Shown one piece after another: positions 9,239 through 18,452 of a stretch of DNA of 64,000 nt (its first letter is position 1; every line of letters begins with the position of its first letter). Both the position numbers and the translations under genes were made by a program. This stretch comes from a bacterium (GTDB lineage Bacteria > Electryoneota > Electryoneia > Electryoneales > Electryoneaceae), in the NCBI GenBank assembly GCA_963675295.2, contig CAXXKJ010000002.1, forward strand, positions 4,192,001 to 4,256,000. Direction: 5' to 3'. Below the pieces are notes generated by a model. That model searched no databases, was not told where the DNA came from, and saw only the letters and a list, made by a program, of their open reading frames with translations.

Positions 9239-10558
9239 TCACTTCACATAGACGATCTTTTGCATCTGCCTACCACTACCGTTCAATGCGGCTTGAATGA
9301 AGTAAACGCCACTTGCCAGGTTGCTCGGTGACCAGCTAAGTCGATGTTCGCCAGCGGTGAACATATCGCGTGCGAGCGTTTCAACAAGCCGGCCAGTCAC
9401 ATCGTAAACAGCGATTGAAAGCTGACCGGATGCAGGCAAGACAACACTGACACCAACCGTGCTGTTGAACGGATTGGGGTATGCTTGCGACATGGTGAAC
9501 GTTTCCGGCTGAACGGGTTCTGTCAACTCACCAGAATCAGACAAATCGGCTTCAAAGTCCCAACCACGATCATGTACCGCCAATTCGTTGTTCCTGCCAA
9601 CCTTGTTGAACTGGAACGAATCTTCAGCAATCACGGTGTTGGGCAGTGTTCCGAGCATAGTATGGAACTGGTACTCACCACCAGGCGCGAAATTCGGCAC
9701 AAACTGGATACCCTGGAACTGAACCTGGTATTCAGCAGGTAGATTCAGGTTCTGGAACGCAACCAGCGGACCGTAGCTGTTTCCATTTGGCAGAGTAACA
9801 CTCGCCCAGGCAGTCGTAACAAGGGGAGTCGCACCGTTCTGGATCATTCCGACAAAATTCAGCGCGCCACCGCGTGCAGGAATGGTGGTGTTGCCTACTG
9901 GATCAACTGTGATCGTCGGGTAGTAGGTAGTGACCACGAAATTGTCGAAGTGTGCCCCATTTTCGCTCTCATAGTACGGACCTGCACCAACCCACAGATA
10001 CAAGTCATCCAAGGTTGAGAAGTTGTCGAAACCGTAAATCACCCGTTCATTCGGACCGCCAACGTCCCACGTGATCTCCCAATCTCCATAGTTACGTTCC
10101 ATGCGCACCACATGTTCACGGAAACCGAAATCGGGGATCGGAACCTGTTCCTGGTGGTCCAACTCCCAGCGCGTGTAGAGTATATCCAAGTCTTCTTGCT
10201 GCAGGTAGAACATGTTCGACCAGTCGTACGCGCCACCTGCCCACGGCATTCCTTCTGACATACCCATGTACACATTGTTGAACTGTGTCATGGTGTCGCG
10301 AGGATAGACGTCAAATTCGATCGTCCACACTTCCGGCATCGTTCCCAATGGTACACCAAAGATTCCAGTGTCATTCCAATAGCCCCAGACTTCAAGTGCG
10401 TAATCACCTTCATGCATCGTTACTTCGCCGAAATCATTGACTAATACCCACGGTTCAAGCGTGCCATCCTCAAAATCATCCTCAAAAATCACGACATCTG
10501 CAACAGATGTTCCAGCCAGCATGAAAATGGCTACGATCCAGCTAAGTGCTTTCTTCAT
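9239..10558 (-). CDS. Secreted protein (lectin/LamG-like N-domain, conserved pre-CTD module, T9SS-type CTD)
   Basis: MKKALSW signal peptide; IFEDDFEDG; PARGG...LPNG...FAPGGEY module; YPNPFN...KIVYVK. Confidence 0.8.
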   Translation of the reverse strand: MKKALSWIVAIFMLAGTSVADVVIFEDDFEDGTLEPWVLVNDFGEVTMHEGDYALEVWGYWNDTGIFGVPLGTMPEVWTIEFDVYPRDTMTQFNNVYMGMSEGMPWAGGAYDWSNMFYLQQEDLDILYTRWELDHQEQVPIPDFGFREHVVRMERNYGDWEITWDVGGPNERVIYGFDNFSTLDDLYLWVGAGPYYESENGAHFDNFVVTTYYPTITVDPVGNTTIPARGGALNFVGMIQNGATPLVTTAWASVTLPNGNSYGPLVAFQNLNLPAEYQVQFQGIQFVPNFAPGGEYQFHTMLGTLPNTVIAEDSFQFNKVGRNNELAVHDRGWDFEADLSDSGELTEPVQPETFTMSQAYPNPFNSTVGVSVVLPASGQLSIAVYDVTGRLVETLARDMFTAGEHRLSWSPSNLASGVYFIQAALNGSGRQMQKIVYVK

Positions 10559-10789
10559 CTTTCTTCCCCTCGTTCTGTTTCGAGTACCGATCCCGCATCG
10601 GTTGCTGAAAGAAGGAGTGGAAATCAAAAGGGGTGAACTAATCCAAAAATTGGAAATGTTACGTCGGACTTGAGTAGAGGAAAACAAAGATCGAATTTAG
10701 GTCAGTATTTTTAGTGCTGGAAGTAGTTCTGAACCGCAAAAACTGCTGGTAGTTGATCCAATCGAAAAGCACTCATCGAATGGGATCAT

Positions 10790-11485
10790 CTAGTTGCTAT
10801 CCGTTGACTCAGACGTGTTATCCAGCGGTCGATTCTTTACCGCCCAAAGGTAGAGATCCCTGAGTTTTGCCAGGCCTACTTTGTTGCGGATTGCTTCGGT
10901 GCGTTTGCGGATTGCCCACTCAGAGAGGTGAATCATGTCGGCAATTTCTGCGACGCTCTTGCCATCCTGCAGCAGTCGCAACACCTCAAGTTCGCCTGCA
11001 CTTAATCCATATGGAACTGCTGATTCGTCTGAATCGATGTCTGCTTTCGACTTGCTTGAGGTCTCATCGCCAGCTGGTGCAGGCAAATTGCTCGGCCATA
11101 CATCCTTGCCTGAATATGCATCGTGGATTGCCTTGACAATTTCCTGATTCGACGCGTGTTTTGTCAAAAAGGCTCTGGTCATTTCAAATGCTTTACGCGG
11201 GACATCAATATCCTGCACTGCAGAAATCACGATTATCCGGACTGCTGGCTTCAGTTCCTGCATTCGCCTGATCGTACGCCACTCACGCATACCGTAAAGA
11301 TCAAGATCGAATAACACGACGTCGACCTGTTCTTTTGTGAAAACAGCCAGGGCCTCGTCACGTGTCTGACATGCGGCCACCAACCGAAGTTCGTGTTCGC
11401 GACGAACAAGATTTCGCATTCCTTCCAGCGCGAGTGCCTGGTCTTCAACTGTAAGAACATGGATAATCGAGGACGACATGGTCAA
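10790..11485 (-). CDS. NarL/LuxR-family response regulator
   Basis: VEDQ, VVLFD receiver; LSAGELEVLRLLQDGKSVAEIADMIHLS HTH. Confidence 0.92.
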   Translation of the reverse strand: MTMSSSIIHVLTVEDQALALEGMRNLVRREHELRLVAACQTRDEALAVFTKEQVDVVLFDLDLYGMREWRTIRRMQELKPAVRIIVISAVQDIDVPRKAFEMTRAFLTKHASNQEIVKAIHDAYSGKDVWPSNLPAPAGDETSSKSKADIDSDESAVPYGLSAGELEVLRLLQDGKSVAEIADMIHLSEWAIRKRTEAIRNKVGLAKLRDLYLWAVKNRPLDNTSESTDSN

Positions 11486-13692
11486 CTCCCCTCAGATTTC
11501 ACTGTATCAAGTCTACTGGGAATCAACATCCAGACTCCGGTCAGCTCGTCAAATCGACGTTCAACAGGCAACCGCAGCTCAACTGTGGTTCCAGCTGAAT
11601 CGTGTGATCGAACCTCGCACGTTCCACCATGAGCCAACATGCGCGTTTCCATCAGCACCAATCCGAGGGACTCAGATTGATGTTTGTCCAGCTCGCGAAT
11701 CCCGATTCCATTGTCTTCGATTTGAATACGGACAGGAGAAGCAGAGGTATAACTACGTACAATGACGCTAGATGCTTTAGAGTGTCGATGAACATTGATC
11801 AGTGCATCCTGGATGCAAAGAAACAAATCCAGCTTCACATCAGAGCCAAAATCTACTTTGTCCTCTTCAATCTCACAGGAACATGCAAATGAATGAGAGT
11901 ATTGTTCAACGACCGAACGCAGCATATCCGCATATTCGAATTGGACCAGGGAAGGTAAAAGCGAACGACTACTTGTTCTTACTTCGCGTTCTGAATCAAA
12001 TAGCAATTTGATCATACGTAGTGATTTGTGAAACAACTTATCATCAACTTCTTTGGCCAGCTCTTCCATTTCCCTACCACAATAGAGAAGAACAGCACAA
12101 ACATTCGAATGAAGGAAGCTTTGTGTATCTGCTCTGATGCTGCTATTTTCACGTGTACTGGCTTCACTAATCTGTTTCAATTTCTGCTGATATAACTTAT
12201 CCTGTTTTTGTTTTTCTATCCGTAGTTTTGCGTGCTTATACCAGATATAAAGCAACACAACCAACAGTGGAACAATCACACCTACCAGGAGATTGAGCCA
12301 ATGACGGTGAAACCACCAACCATACCAAGGTACATGAACCAATTCATACAAATTGAATCTGCCATCTCGATCAATCAGAATTGCATGTTTTCCGGCGAGT
12401 ATTACTTCGGTAGAACGTTTCGCATGATTGCTTTGTATGCGGCCTTCAATTACACCAAGTGGCTGAAATTGGGTATCTAGCAGCCACGAACGAGTCTCAT
12501 CGACGACCAGGTAAGCTGGCCCATTTTGCTCCCGTGATCCAGCAATTTCAATCCGTGAGTAGTGAACTCCATCTGAAACTGCAAAACCAGGCGTAGCATG
12601 AAAGCGTAAATGCCGGAACATACCCACAAATAGATCAGGATCGACGCCCTGATCTACAACCAGTTCGGGAGTAATCCCTGCATGAAAGACCAATCTGGTT
12701 TGGCCAAGTGTGGTGGTAGAGTCAACTGTCGAACCAGTTTCAGGATCCAACAGCCAGAGTGTTGTGACTTTGCTTTCTTGCAATGAAATCCCAGATCGGA
12801 CGACCAGCAACCTGTCCTGCCATGGAACAACCTCTGCTGATCCGCCCCCACCACCAGTGTTCCTATACCATAGCAGGGTTCCATGGTCGTCATAGCAGAA
12901 GACATAAGAGTACTCGTCCGTAAACAGGGCGTTTCCCATTCCATTGCCTGGGGCACTGCTGACACCGACAAATCGATGTTGACCACTTCGTTCAGTCTCA
13001 TGTATGAATCGAACGTTGACTCGAACACCCGTTTGGATATCGAAGAGTACGTGATGCTTGTCGTCCAACCGCATCATTCTCAGTCGCCAGACCTTCAAAG
13101 AACTTGGGTATACCACGCCCACAAACGTACTTGAATCTGCGCTAGCAATTGGTCGCGACACAGTTACTTCGTTGCTAATCCCCTGTAAAGGCCTGTATGG
13201 AACATTCACATCTTGTAGCAATGATGTTGACTGCCCCTTCAGTAGATCGAACATGTAGCATGTCTGAGAAGTATCCGTCTTTTGTGAAAAACAGATCCAT
13301 CGTGTGTTCGTTTGATCGTCTGCGACAAAACTCATATCATAAAATGGCACCTGACGAGGAAAACTGGTTGCACGTTCCAGATTGAACCGGCCCAGATTTG
13401 GCGATCCGGAAGGGGCTTCAATCTGCAGGTAGCGTTCATTACTTAAACCACGATGCCCCAGGTGAGCAACAACCAGGAAAGGATCAGGTAGTGAGTCCGC
13501 AACAAACGGTTCAATTGCTTGTGTGTCGAGGCTGAATGTGCGAATGTGTCGAAACTGATAGGGGTATGCTTTTGGATTCGGTTCAGAATACTCACAACCA
13601 GTAACGAACAGAACGAGACATCCTGCAAACAAAACTAACGCTGCTGTTCCGGGTGAGTGTGTAGGCGATTTCATCGAGTCAATATACCGCAT
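11482..13692 (-). CDS. Membrane sensor histidine kinase (NarX-like HATPase, large beta-propeller-like periplasmic domain)
   Basis: FLHSNV H-box, ALINVHRHS N-box, DNGIG, LGLVLM; TM helix; 4-bp overlap with the RR. Confidence 0.88.
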   Translation of the reverse strand: MRYIDSMKSPTHSPGTAALVLFAGCLVLFVTGCEYSEPNPKAYPYQFRHIRTFSLDTQAIEPFVADSLPDPFLVVAHLGHRGLSNERYLQIEAPSGSPNLGRFNLERATSFPRQVPFYDMSFVADDQTNTRWICFSQKTDTSQTCYMFDLLKGQSTSLLQDVNVPYRPLQGISNEVTVSRPIASADSSTFVGVVYPSSLKVWRLRMMRLDDKHHVLFDIQTGVRVNVRFIHETERSGQHRFVGVSSAPGNGMGNALFTDEYSYVFCYDDHGTLLWYRNTGGGGGSAEVVPWQDRLLVVRSGISLQESKVTTLWLLDPETGSTVDSTTTLGQTRLVFHAGITPELVVDQGVDPDLFVGMFRHLRFHATPGFAVSDGVHYSRIEIAGSREQNGPAYLVVDETRSWLLDTQFQPLGVIEGRIQSNHAKRSTEVILAGKHAILIDRDGRFNLYELVHVPWYGWWFHRHWLNLLVGVIVPLLVVLLYIWYKHAKLRIEKQKQDKLYQQKLKQISEASTRENSSIRADTQSFLHSNVCAVLLYCGREMEELAKEVDDKLFHKSLRMIKLLFDSEREVRTSSRSLLPSLVQFEYADMLRSVVEQYSHSFACSCEIEEDKVDFGSDVKLDLFLCIQDALINVHRHSKASSVIVRSYTSASPVRIQIEDNGIGIRELDKHQSESLGLVLMETRMLAHGGTCEVRSHDSAGTTVELRLPVERRFDELTGVWMLIPSRLDTVKSEGS

Positions 13693-13812
13693 GGCACGGT
13701 GTTTCTCAAGAGTTCTGGCGTCTGAGGAAGTGAGGCAGATGATGAGCTTCTGCTATGCCATAGGTTTTTGATTGACGAATTAGAAGGTCAATTATCAACC
13801 CATTGCTACGGC

Positions 13813-14100
13813 TTATATCCTATACATCCCTTTGCCCTGTCGATTCTGCCACCACTCTTCAAACGCTTGTTCCACAAGCTTTGCCTGATGAACCGCCGAA
13901 TCAGGCGACAATGGTAAACCAGATGTTGTTGAGTCATCGGGGTTGTCCGTTTCAATTCGGGGTTCTTCGCTGGCTGGTTTGAACTTCGAATGCCGTAAAC
14001 CAAGAGCTCGAGCTAGTCTAGACCGTTCTTTTTTTTGTTGTTTTGTGTCGCCCCAATCAAGGGACGTGCTGTCAGTACTTCGTGATTTGTGTAGGTTCAT
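13813..14100 (-). CDS. Small hypothetical protein immediately downstream of the putative origin
   Basis: AGGTGAGGA RBS; C-terminal half conserved in the paralog at 7446-7595. Confidence 0.65.
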   Translation of the reverse strand: MNLHKSRSTDSTSLDWGDTKQQKKERSRLARALGLRHSKFKPASEEPRIETDNPDDSTTSGLPLSPDSAVHQAKLVEQAFEEWWQNRQGKGMYRI

Positions 14101-14222
14101 ATGGATTCCTCACCTGTTTCGTGTTTTTTTGTTTTGATGCGCTGTTATACCGTCCTATCCCGTCAGGGTGCTGTTAGTGCGGGACACGTCTGGGCATGTC
14201 CTTAAGCACGCAGTGCGCCGCA

Positions 14223-14560
14223 GCGAGACAACACAAAAAAACGAGTAGGATGACCAAAACGTGACAGGAATGACCACTTTTCCAGGGTGCTTTGGTCATA
14301 CTTAACTTGTGTTATAATTAGTAAATACACGGCGAATGACCGAAATGACCGGAATTTTTCAGAACCTTTTATAGGGTACGTATTCTATATTGTTAGGTTT
14401 ATCTAACTAGTCGATATACCAGTTTCTAAAAAAAGTGGTCATTTCAGTCATCACGCTCGTAATTAGCTTAATAGACAGGACTTAAGTATGACTAAACACA
14501 TCAAAAAAAGCTGTCATTTTCGGTCATTCTGGTCATCGTGTTTTTTTGTTTTTGTTTCGC
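14223..14560. repeat. Dyad-symmetric iteron array, putative replication origin
   Basis: 12 RTGAC(C/A/T) hexamers mirrored about ~14393.5 around an AT-rich core, abutting the primase-helicase stop. Confidence 0.8.
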
Positions 14561-16628
14561 CGTAGAAGTGTTTCTTCCGCAGGATTTCGAAGCCGTACTT
14601 CTGTTTAGCACTGCGCGTTTCTTGATACGCTACCACGTGACTGTCTTGCAAACGACGGAAGTAATCCTGATGACGTTCAGGACGTAAACGCATTGACTTA
14701 AGCATCTCCCGGAATTCCATTTTCATGATATGGCTACCACCACCATGGGTTGCACCTTCGCCATCGACATAACCCAATACCAAGGCTTCAGCAACCAGAT
14801 CCGTTTCAGCTTCGATGTTTGTTTGTGCTGAATCGTAAAGGTCTTTTTCCAGATCCGTGATTGGGCATGGAATACCGTAGCGCGCTGTCGATGTCTGTCT
14901 TTGGGCTTCCCATTTCTTATGCCGTTTTTTCAGTTCAGTGCGCATGTAGTGACCAAATCGTTCACGAATTTCATCCTTGATGTGCGGATTCAGCTTCTTG
15001 ATCGCCGGCACCTTGTAGATGAAGAAATTGTTGTGATCTGGACTGGTTGGTTTTTCATCAGCAACCAGGAATACCGGCCTTGGTTCGTTGGTCGTCAGGA
15101 TGATGTTGGTGTTGTTACGTACACGGTACTGCGGCATGTATTTTTCGTTAACGGTCAGGAATTCGCTGCCGGTCACCCCTTTGATCTGCACGTACTGGCT
15201 TTTTTTGTTGATGTAGTTTTCTTCCACCATTAATAGTTTGTTCGTATAGAACGGGGTAAAATTTTGCTTGTCGCCATCCCAGTCAGAAGCCAGGTCAGGA
15301 AAAATGCTAGCAACGATTTCAGAAAAGGTTGTTTTACCGGTACCACGTTCACCTGTTAGCACTAAAACTGGTAGCTTTTGGTAGTTTGTGTAGCAGTACA
15401 AGGCAAGCCAGTTCTTGATGAAATCGCTATGCTGGTCAAAAAGACTATCCAACCATCGATCTACAAAAGCGTTATCTTTCTTGTCCACTTCTAGATCAGA
15501 CGGAATTTGTATCTGTAGACGACCAGTGTCGAAGTTCAGATCGTAGTCCACCTGGTTGAATGCTGCGCTGGCACGTCGTTCGACGGTAAATTCAGCGCTA
15601 GGTATGTTTCGTCTGCGGGACAGGAAGGTCTTAACATAGTCGCGGTTTCCTTTGCTGATGTAGTCATCGCGGACTTTCACCACATGGGCGTTGCTGTCCG
15701 TCACCTGCACGCGCATCAGTTTGTCTTCCAACATGAACATGCCGGGCTCGACAGGATCTTCGTAGAAGTAGTGTTGATCACCGACAGATTGGCAGTGGGA
15801 ACAGTTCATCTCGACAAAGCCCTTCTTCGTCAGTTGTACGAAAGCGGATGGGCTTTCCGAATTCAAATCATCACAAAACGGGCAGTAGCACGGCTGCTTG
15901 TGGTCCTTGCAGGTTTCCAGGTAAGGGCGTAAGGTTTCCAGTTTGAAACTGGTTCGCTTGTTGGGCAAGACAACATCCATGTCATGTCCGATGTATCGAT
16001 ACTTACCTGCCGGTTGTGCGTTTCCATTGGACGCCTGAACAGCTTTTTCCCTGGCTACTTTTTCCACTTCATCCAGCGGCACCTGGAACCAGATACCTTC
16101 CGTATTCACCTTTAGAATGAAACGATCCGGATTCGGGTTCACATTGGGATATAGCTTCATGTGGCGAGCAAATACACCAGAATCAAACTGCGGGAAGCGT
16201 TTCTTCGCCCAGCCGTAGACTTTGTCGGCCTCATCTGGATCCGTGAAGTACAGACCATTTTGCGGATCAAATGGCAGGATCACCCGGAAACGGGGCTGAA
16301 CCCCACGATGATCAGGCTTGTCTTCCAGATGGTTTGTTGATGTGTACAGGATGTAGTTGTGGTCCTTGAACTGTGCTTCGGCAGCTTCAATGGAAATCAA
16401 TCCATCGTCCGCATCAAGTGCTAGCCCTACCATTCCCTGGTAGCTTTCCTTACCACAATTCTGATCTGGATCCCACACGTTGGTTGCGTGGGCGTAGCTG
16501 CTGAATAGTGTTTCTAAGGCGGGTCGATCTAGCAGGTTTACTGATTCAAGCTTGAATCTTGTTACATTGTTGCCATCAGATTTTGTTTGTAATTTCTTTT
16601 CCTTATTAATAGAAAGTCTAATTTCCAT
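14514..16628 (-). CDS. Primase-helicase (AEP-type primase, Zn finger, SF3/DUF5906-like helicase)
   Basis: LDADD, YTSTNH, RFRVILP AEP motifs; CPFC...CSHC; GERGTGKT Walker A, LLMVEE Walker B, TTN motif C. Confidence 0.88.
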   Translation of the reverse strand: MEIRLSINKEKKLQTKSDGNNVTRFKLESVNLLDRPALETLFSSYAHATNVWDPDQNCGKESYQGMVGLALDADDGLISIEAAEAQFKDHNYILYTSTNHLEDKPDHRGVQPRFRVILPFDPQNGLYFTDPDEADKVYGWAKKRFPQFDSGVFARHMKLYPNVNPNPDRFILKVNTEGIWFQVPLDEVEKVAREKAVQASNGNAQPAGKYRYIGHDMDVVLPNKRTSFKLETLRPYLETCKDHKQPCYCPFCDDLNSESPSAFVQLTKKGFVEMNCSHCQSVGDQHYFYEDPVEPGMFMLEDKLMRVQVTDSNAHVVKVRDDYISKGNRDYVKTFLSRRRNIPSAEFTVERRASAAFNQVDYDLNFDTGRLQIQIPSDLEVDKKDNAFVDRWLDSLFDQHSDFIKNWLALYCYTNYQKLPVLVLTGERGTGKTTFSEIVASIFPDLASDWDGDKQNFTPFYTNKLLMVEENYINKKSQYVQIKGVTGSEFLTVNEKYMPQYRVRNNTNIILTTNEPRPVFLVADEKPTSPDHNNFFIYKVPAIKKLNPHIKDEIRERFGHYMRTELKKRHKKWEAQRQTSTARYGIPCPITDLEKDLYDSAQTNIEAETDLVAEALVLGYVDGEGATHGGGSHIMKMEFREMLKSMRLRPERHQDYFRRLQDSHVVAYQETRSAKQKYGFEILRKKHFYGETKTKKHDDQNDRK

Positions 16629-16643
16629 ATTTTTTCCTTTGGT

Positions 16644-16820
16644 TTAACCTTTGATATCCCATAGATCATAATATTCATCTTCATATCTTTCGTTTTCTTC
16701 CTGATAGTCTTGCATACATGCTGCATACCAGTCTTCTTCGTTGTCATACATATTTCCTTCAAGCCATTCTGGCTTTTTCTTCTTAACTACTTTTTCATCA
16801 TTCTGCTTTTTCCATTTCAT
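16644..16820 (-). CDS. 58-aa basic/acidic micro-protein (not in ORF track)
   Basis: AAGGA RBS; MKWKKQNDEKVVKKKKPEWLEGNMYDNEEDWYAACMQDYQEENERYEDEYYDLWDIKG; fills the gap between HTH gene and primase. Confidence 0.55.
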   Translation of the reverse strand: MKWKKQNDEKVVKKKKPEWLEGNMYDNEEDWYAACMQDYQEENERYEDEYYDLWDIKG

Positions 16821-17004
16821 AGAAAATCCTTGGTTTGTTATCGTTCAAATAGTAGATACGCTTGATGTGATCAACTTGTCGTCGACTGATACCGTATCTG
16901 TTCTGGATGTAGCGCCGTGATAAATCCATATCCAGGGCACGGCATACATTGCTACAAAGTCTTGTGTCTTCCAGTACTTCCGCTGTCGTGGTATGTAGTC
17001 CCAT
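16798..17004 (-). CDS. Small HTH-like DNA-binding protein
   Basis: LSRRYIQNRYGISRRQVDHIK HTH-like pattern; first gene after a consensus promoter. Confidence 0.6.
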   Translation of the reverse strand: MGLHTTTAEVLEDTRLCSNVCRALDMDLSRRYIQNRYGISRRQVDHIKRIYYLNDNKPRIFYEMEKAE

Positions 17005-17132
17005 AAGTTTTGTCCTTGATTTGTTTCACTTACACATCAGTTTCGATTCAAATTGTCCCGACAAAAACCGCCGTAGCGGTATCTGCCGTAGACTTTCAAT
17101 TCTGGAAAAGATATGTAATATCTGACAATTAT

Positions 17133-17161
17133 ATTATAACATTTTTCGGCATATTTGTCAA
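17133..17161 (-). promoter_or_regulatory. Consensus sigma70 promoter for the replication operon
   Basis: TTGACA (17161-17156), 17-bp spacer, TATAAT (17138-17133) on minus strand. Confidence 0.8.
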
Positions 17162-17500
17162 TAGCCGGTCAGAAATATTTTCTGGGTCTCCTCGGCCATT
17201 CAATCTTTCATTTGTATCCTATACCCCTATTGAAGAGTGCAGGATGCCACTGCCACAACCGTTGTCAAGTTTGGATTTCAGCGAAGACGCAGGGCATAAA
17301 AACCGCGGATTGCACCGTTTGAATTTCAGCAGAAACTCTGAAAAAACTGGATGAGACTTCCAAGACAAGTCCATAAAAAAATTACATTTACTATAATTAT
17401 TATGTTTTATATGAATTTCGAATCCGTTTCTGAAACTACCCTCTATCTAGGGGCGAAGAGTCTCCCTGCCAGCCTCCCAGAGTCGACTGACAGATTACAC

Positions 17501-17549
17501 TTGCGTAGGGGACACTTATGGCGATAGTATTGAGTGTCTTATGTCCCCT
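17501..17549 (+). promoter_or_regulatory. Putative promoter/operator of the XRE gene
   Basis: TTGCGT-18-TAGTAT overlapped by inverted repeats GACACTTA/TGAGTGTC and AGGGGACA/TGTCCCCT. Confidence 0.5.
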
Positions 17550-17565
17550 CAATATCAGGAGTCAC

Positions 17566-18369
17566 ATGACCATGTTCGACAGACCTGAACGAGACCGCTC
17601 GCTTACAGCCAAGTTCTTGAGCACCCTTCGTGATAAATTGGCCTATACCCAGGAAGAGATGGCAGAGCTTTTCGGTGTTTCCAAAAAAACGTATGCAAGA
17701 TGGGAGCGTGGCAACTATGCACCCAAACCTTCGATCTTGTATCCATCCCTTGCAGCACTTCTGCTGACTGGTTCAGCGTCAACTTCGATAAAGAACGTAA
17801 TAAGAGATTTTATTGGAAAAGAATCCTTACCATTTGACATCAGAGCTAGATTGAGGGCTGGCGATTCGAAATCAGGTCCTAATTTGCTTGATAAAAGCAA
17901 AAAACAGTCCATCATTATCATGAAGAAAGGATCTACGCCCCCAGAAAAATATGAAATGAACAGTATTGGAATGTGGGGCTTTGGCCCAATAGATTATGAT
18001 TATATCACGTTTGAACTATTTCAGAATACTTCAAAAGGAGATATACTGTTATTGAAATTTATCATACCATCACAAGGATTACGACATAACAATAACACAC
18101 AGTCACAAGGTCATTCAAAAGCAGTACAGGCTATTTTAAGTCGAGATGCGATTGTAGCCTCACAAACTATTAATTCAATAGTGTATGATAACAATGATAT
18201 CGACAAAAAAGTATATTTTTATTCTTTTCAATTGGAAACAAAGCTCTTGCCGAGCCATATACTATACTATAAAGTAGAGATAGTTAAATTCATAGAATCC
18301 GAAAAGGAAGAAGAACCTTTTGACAAAATTGTAATTTGGAGCGCTGAAGGAAACATTGAAATACAGTAG
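17566..18369 (+). CDS. XRE-family HTH regulator with unknown C-terminal domain
   Basis: LRDKLAYTQEEMAELFGVSKKTYARWERG; AGGAG RBS before ATG 17566. Confidence 0.85.
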   Translation: MTMFDRPERDRSLTAKFLSTLRDKLAYTQEEMAELFGVSKKTYARWERGNYAPKPSILYPSLAALLLTGSASTSIKNVIRDFIGKESLPFDIRARLRAGDSKSGPNLLDKSKKQSIIIMKKGSTPPEKYEMNSIGMWGFGPIDYDYITFELFQNTSKGDILLLKFIIPSQGLRHNNNTQSQGHSKAVQAILSRDAIVASQTINSIVYDNNDIDKKVYFYSFQLETKLLPSHILYYKVEIVKFIESEKEEEPFDKIVIWSAEGNIEIQ

Positions 18370-18452
18370 ATAAAAGACCCACACCATTTCGCCCATGGTG
18401 TGGGTCACAAGCTAGAACGGAGCTTACGCTCCGAACACAGAAAGGAAATATC

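Noticed and set aside
14223-14560. CRISPR array or MITE
   Set aside because: Repeats are 6-mers in mirror symmetry, with no repeat-spacer periodicity, no cas genes and no target duplication.
16562-16762. 66-aa ORF from the track
   Set aside because: TTG start and 67-bp overlap with the primase; the 16644..16820 frame has an ATG, an RBS and a better fit.
17010-17354. 114-aa + strand ORF
   Set aside because: Spans the divergent promoter region; TTG start and no protein-like features.
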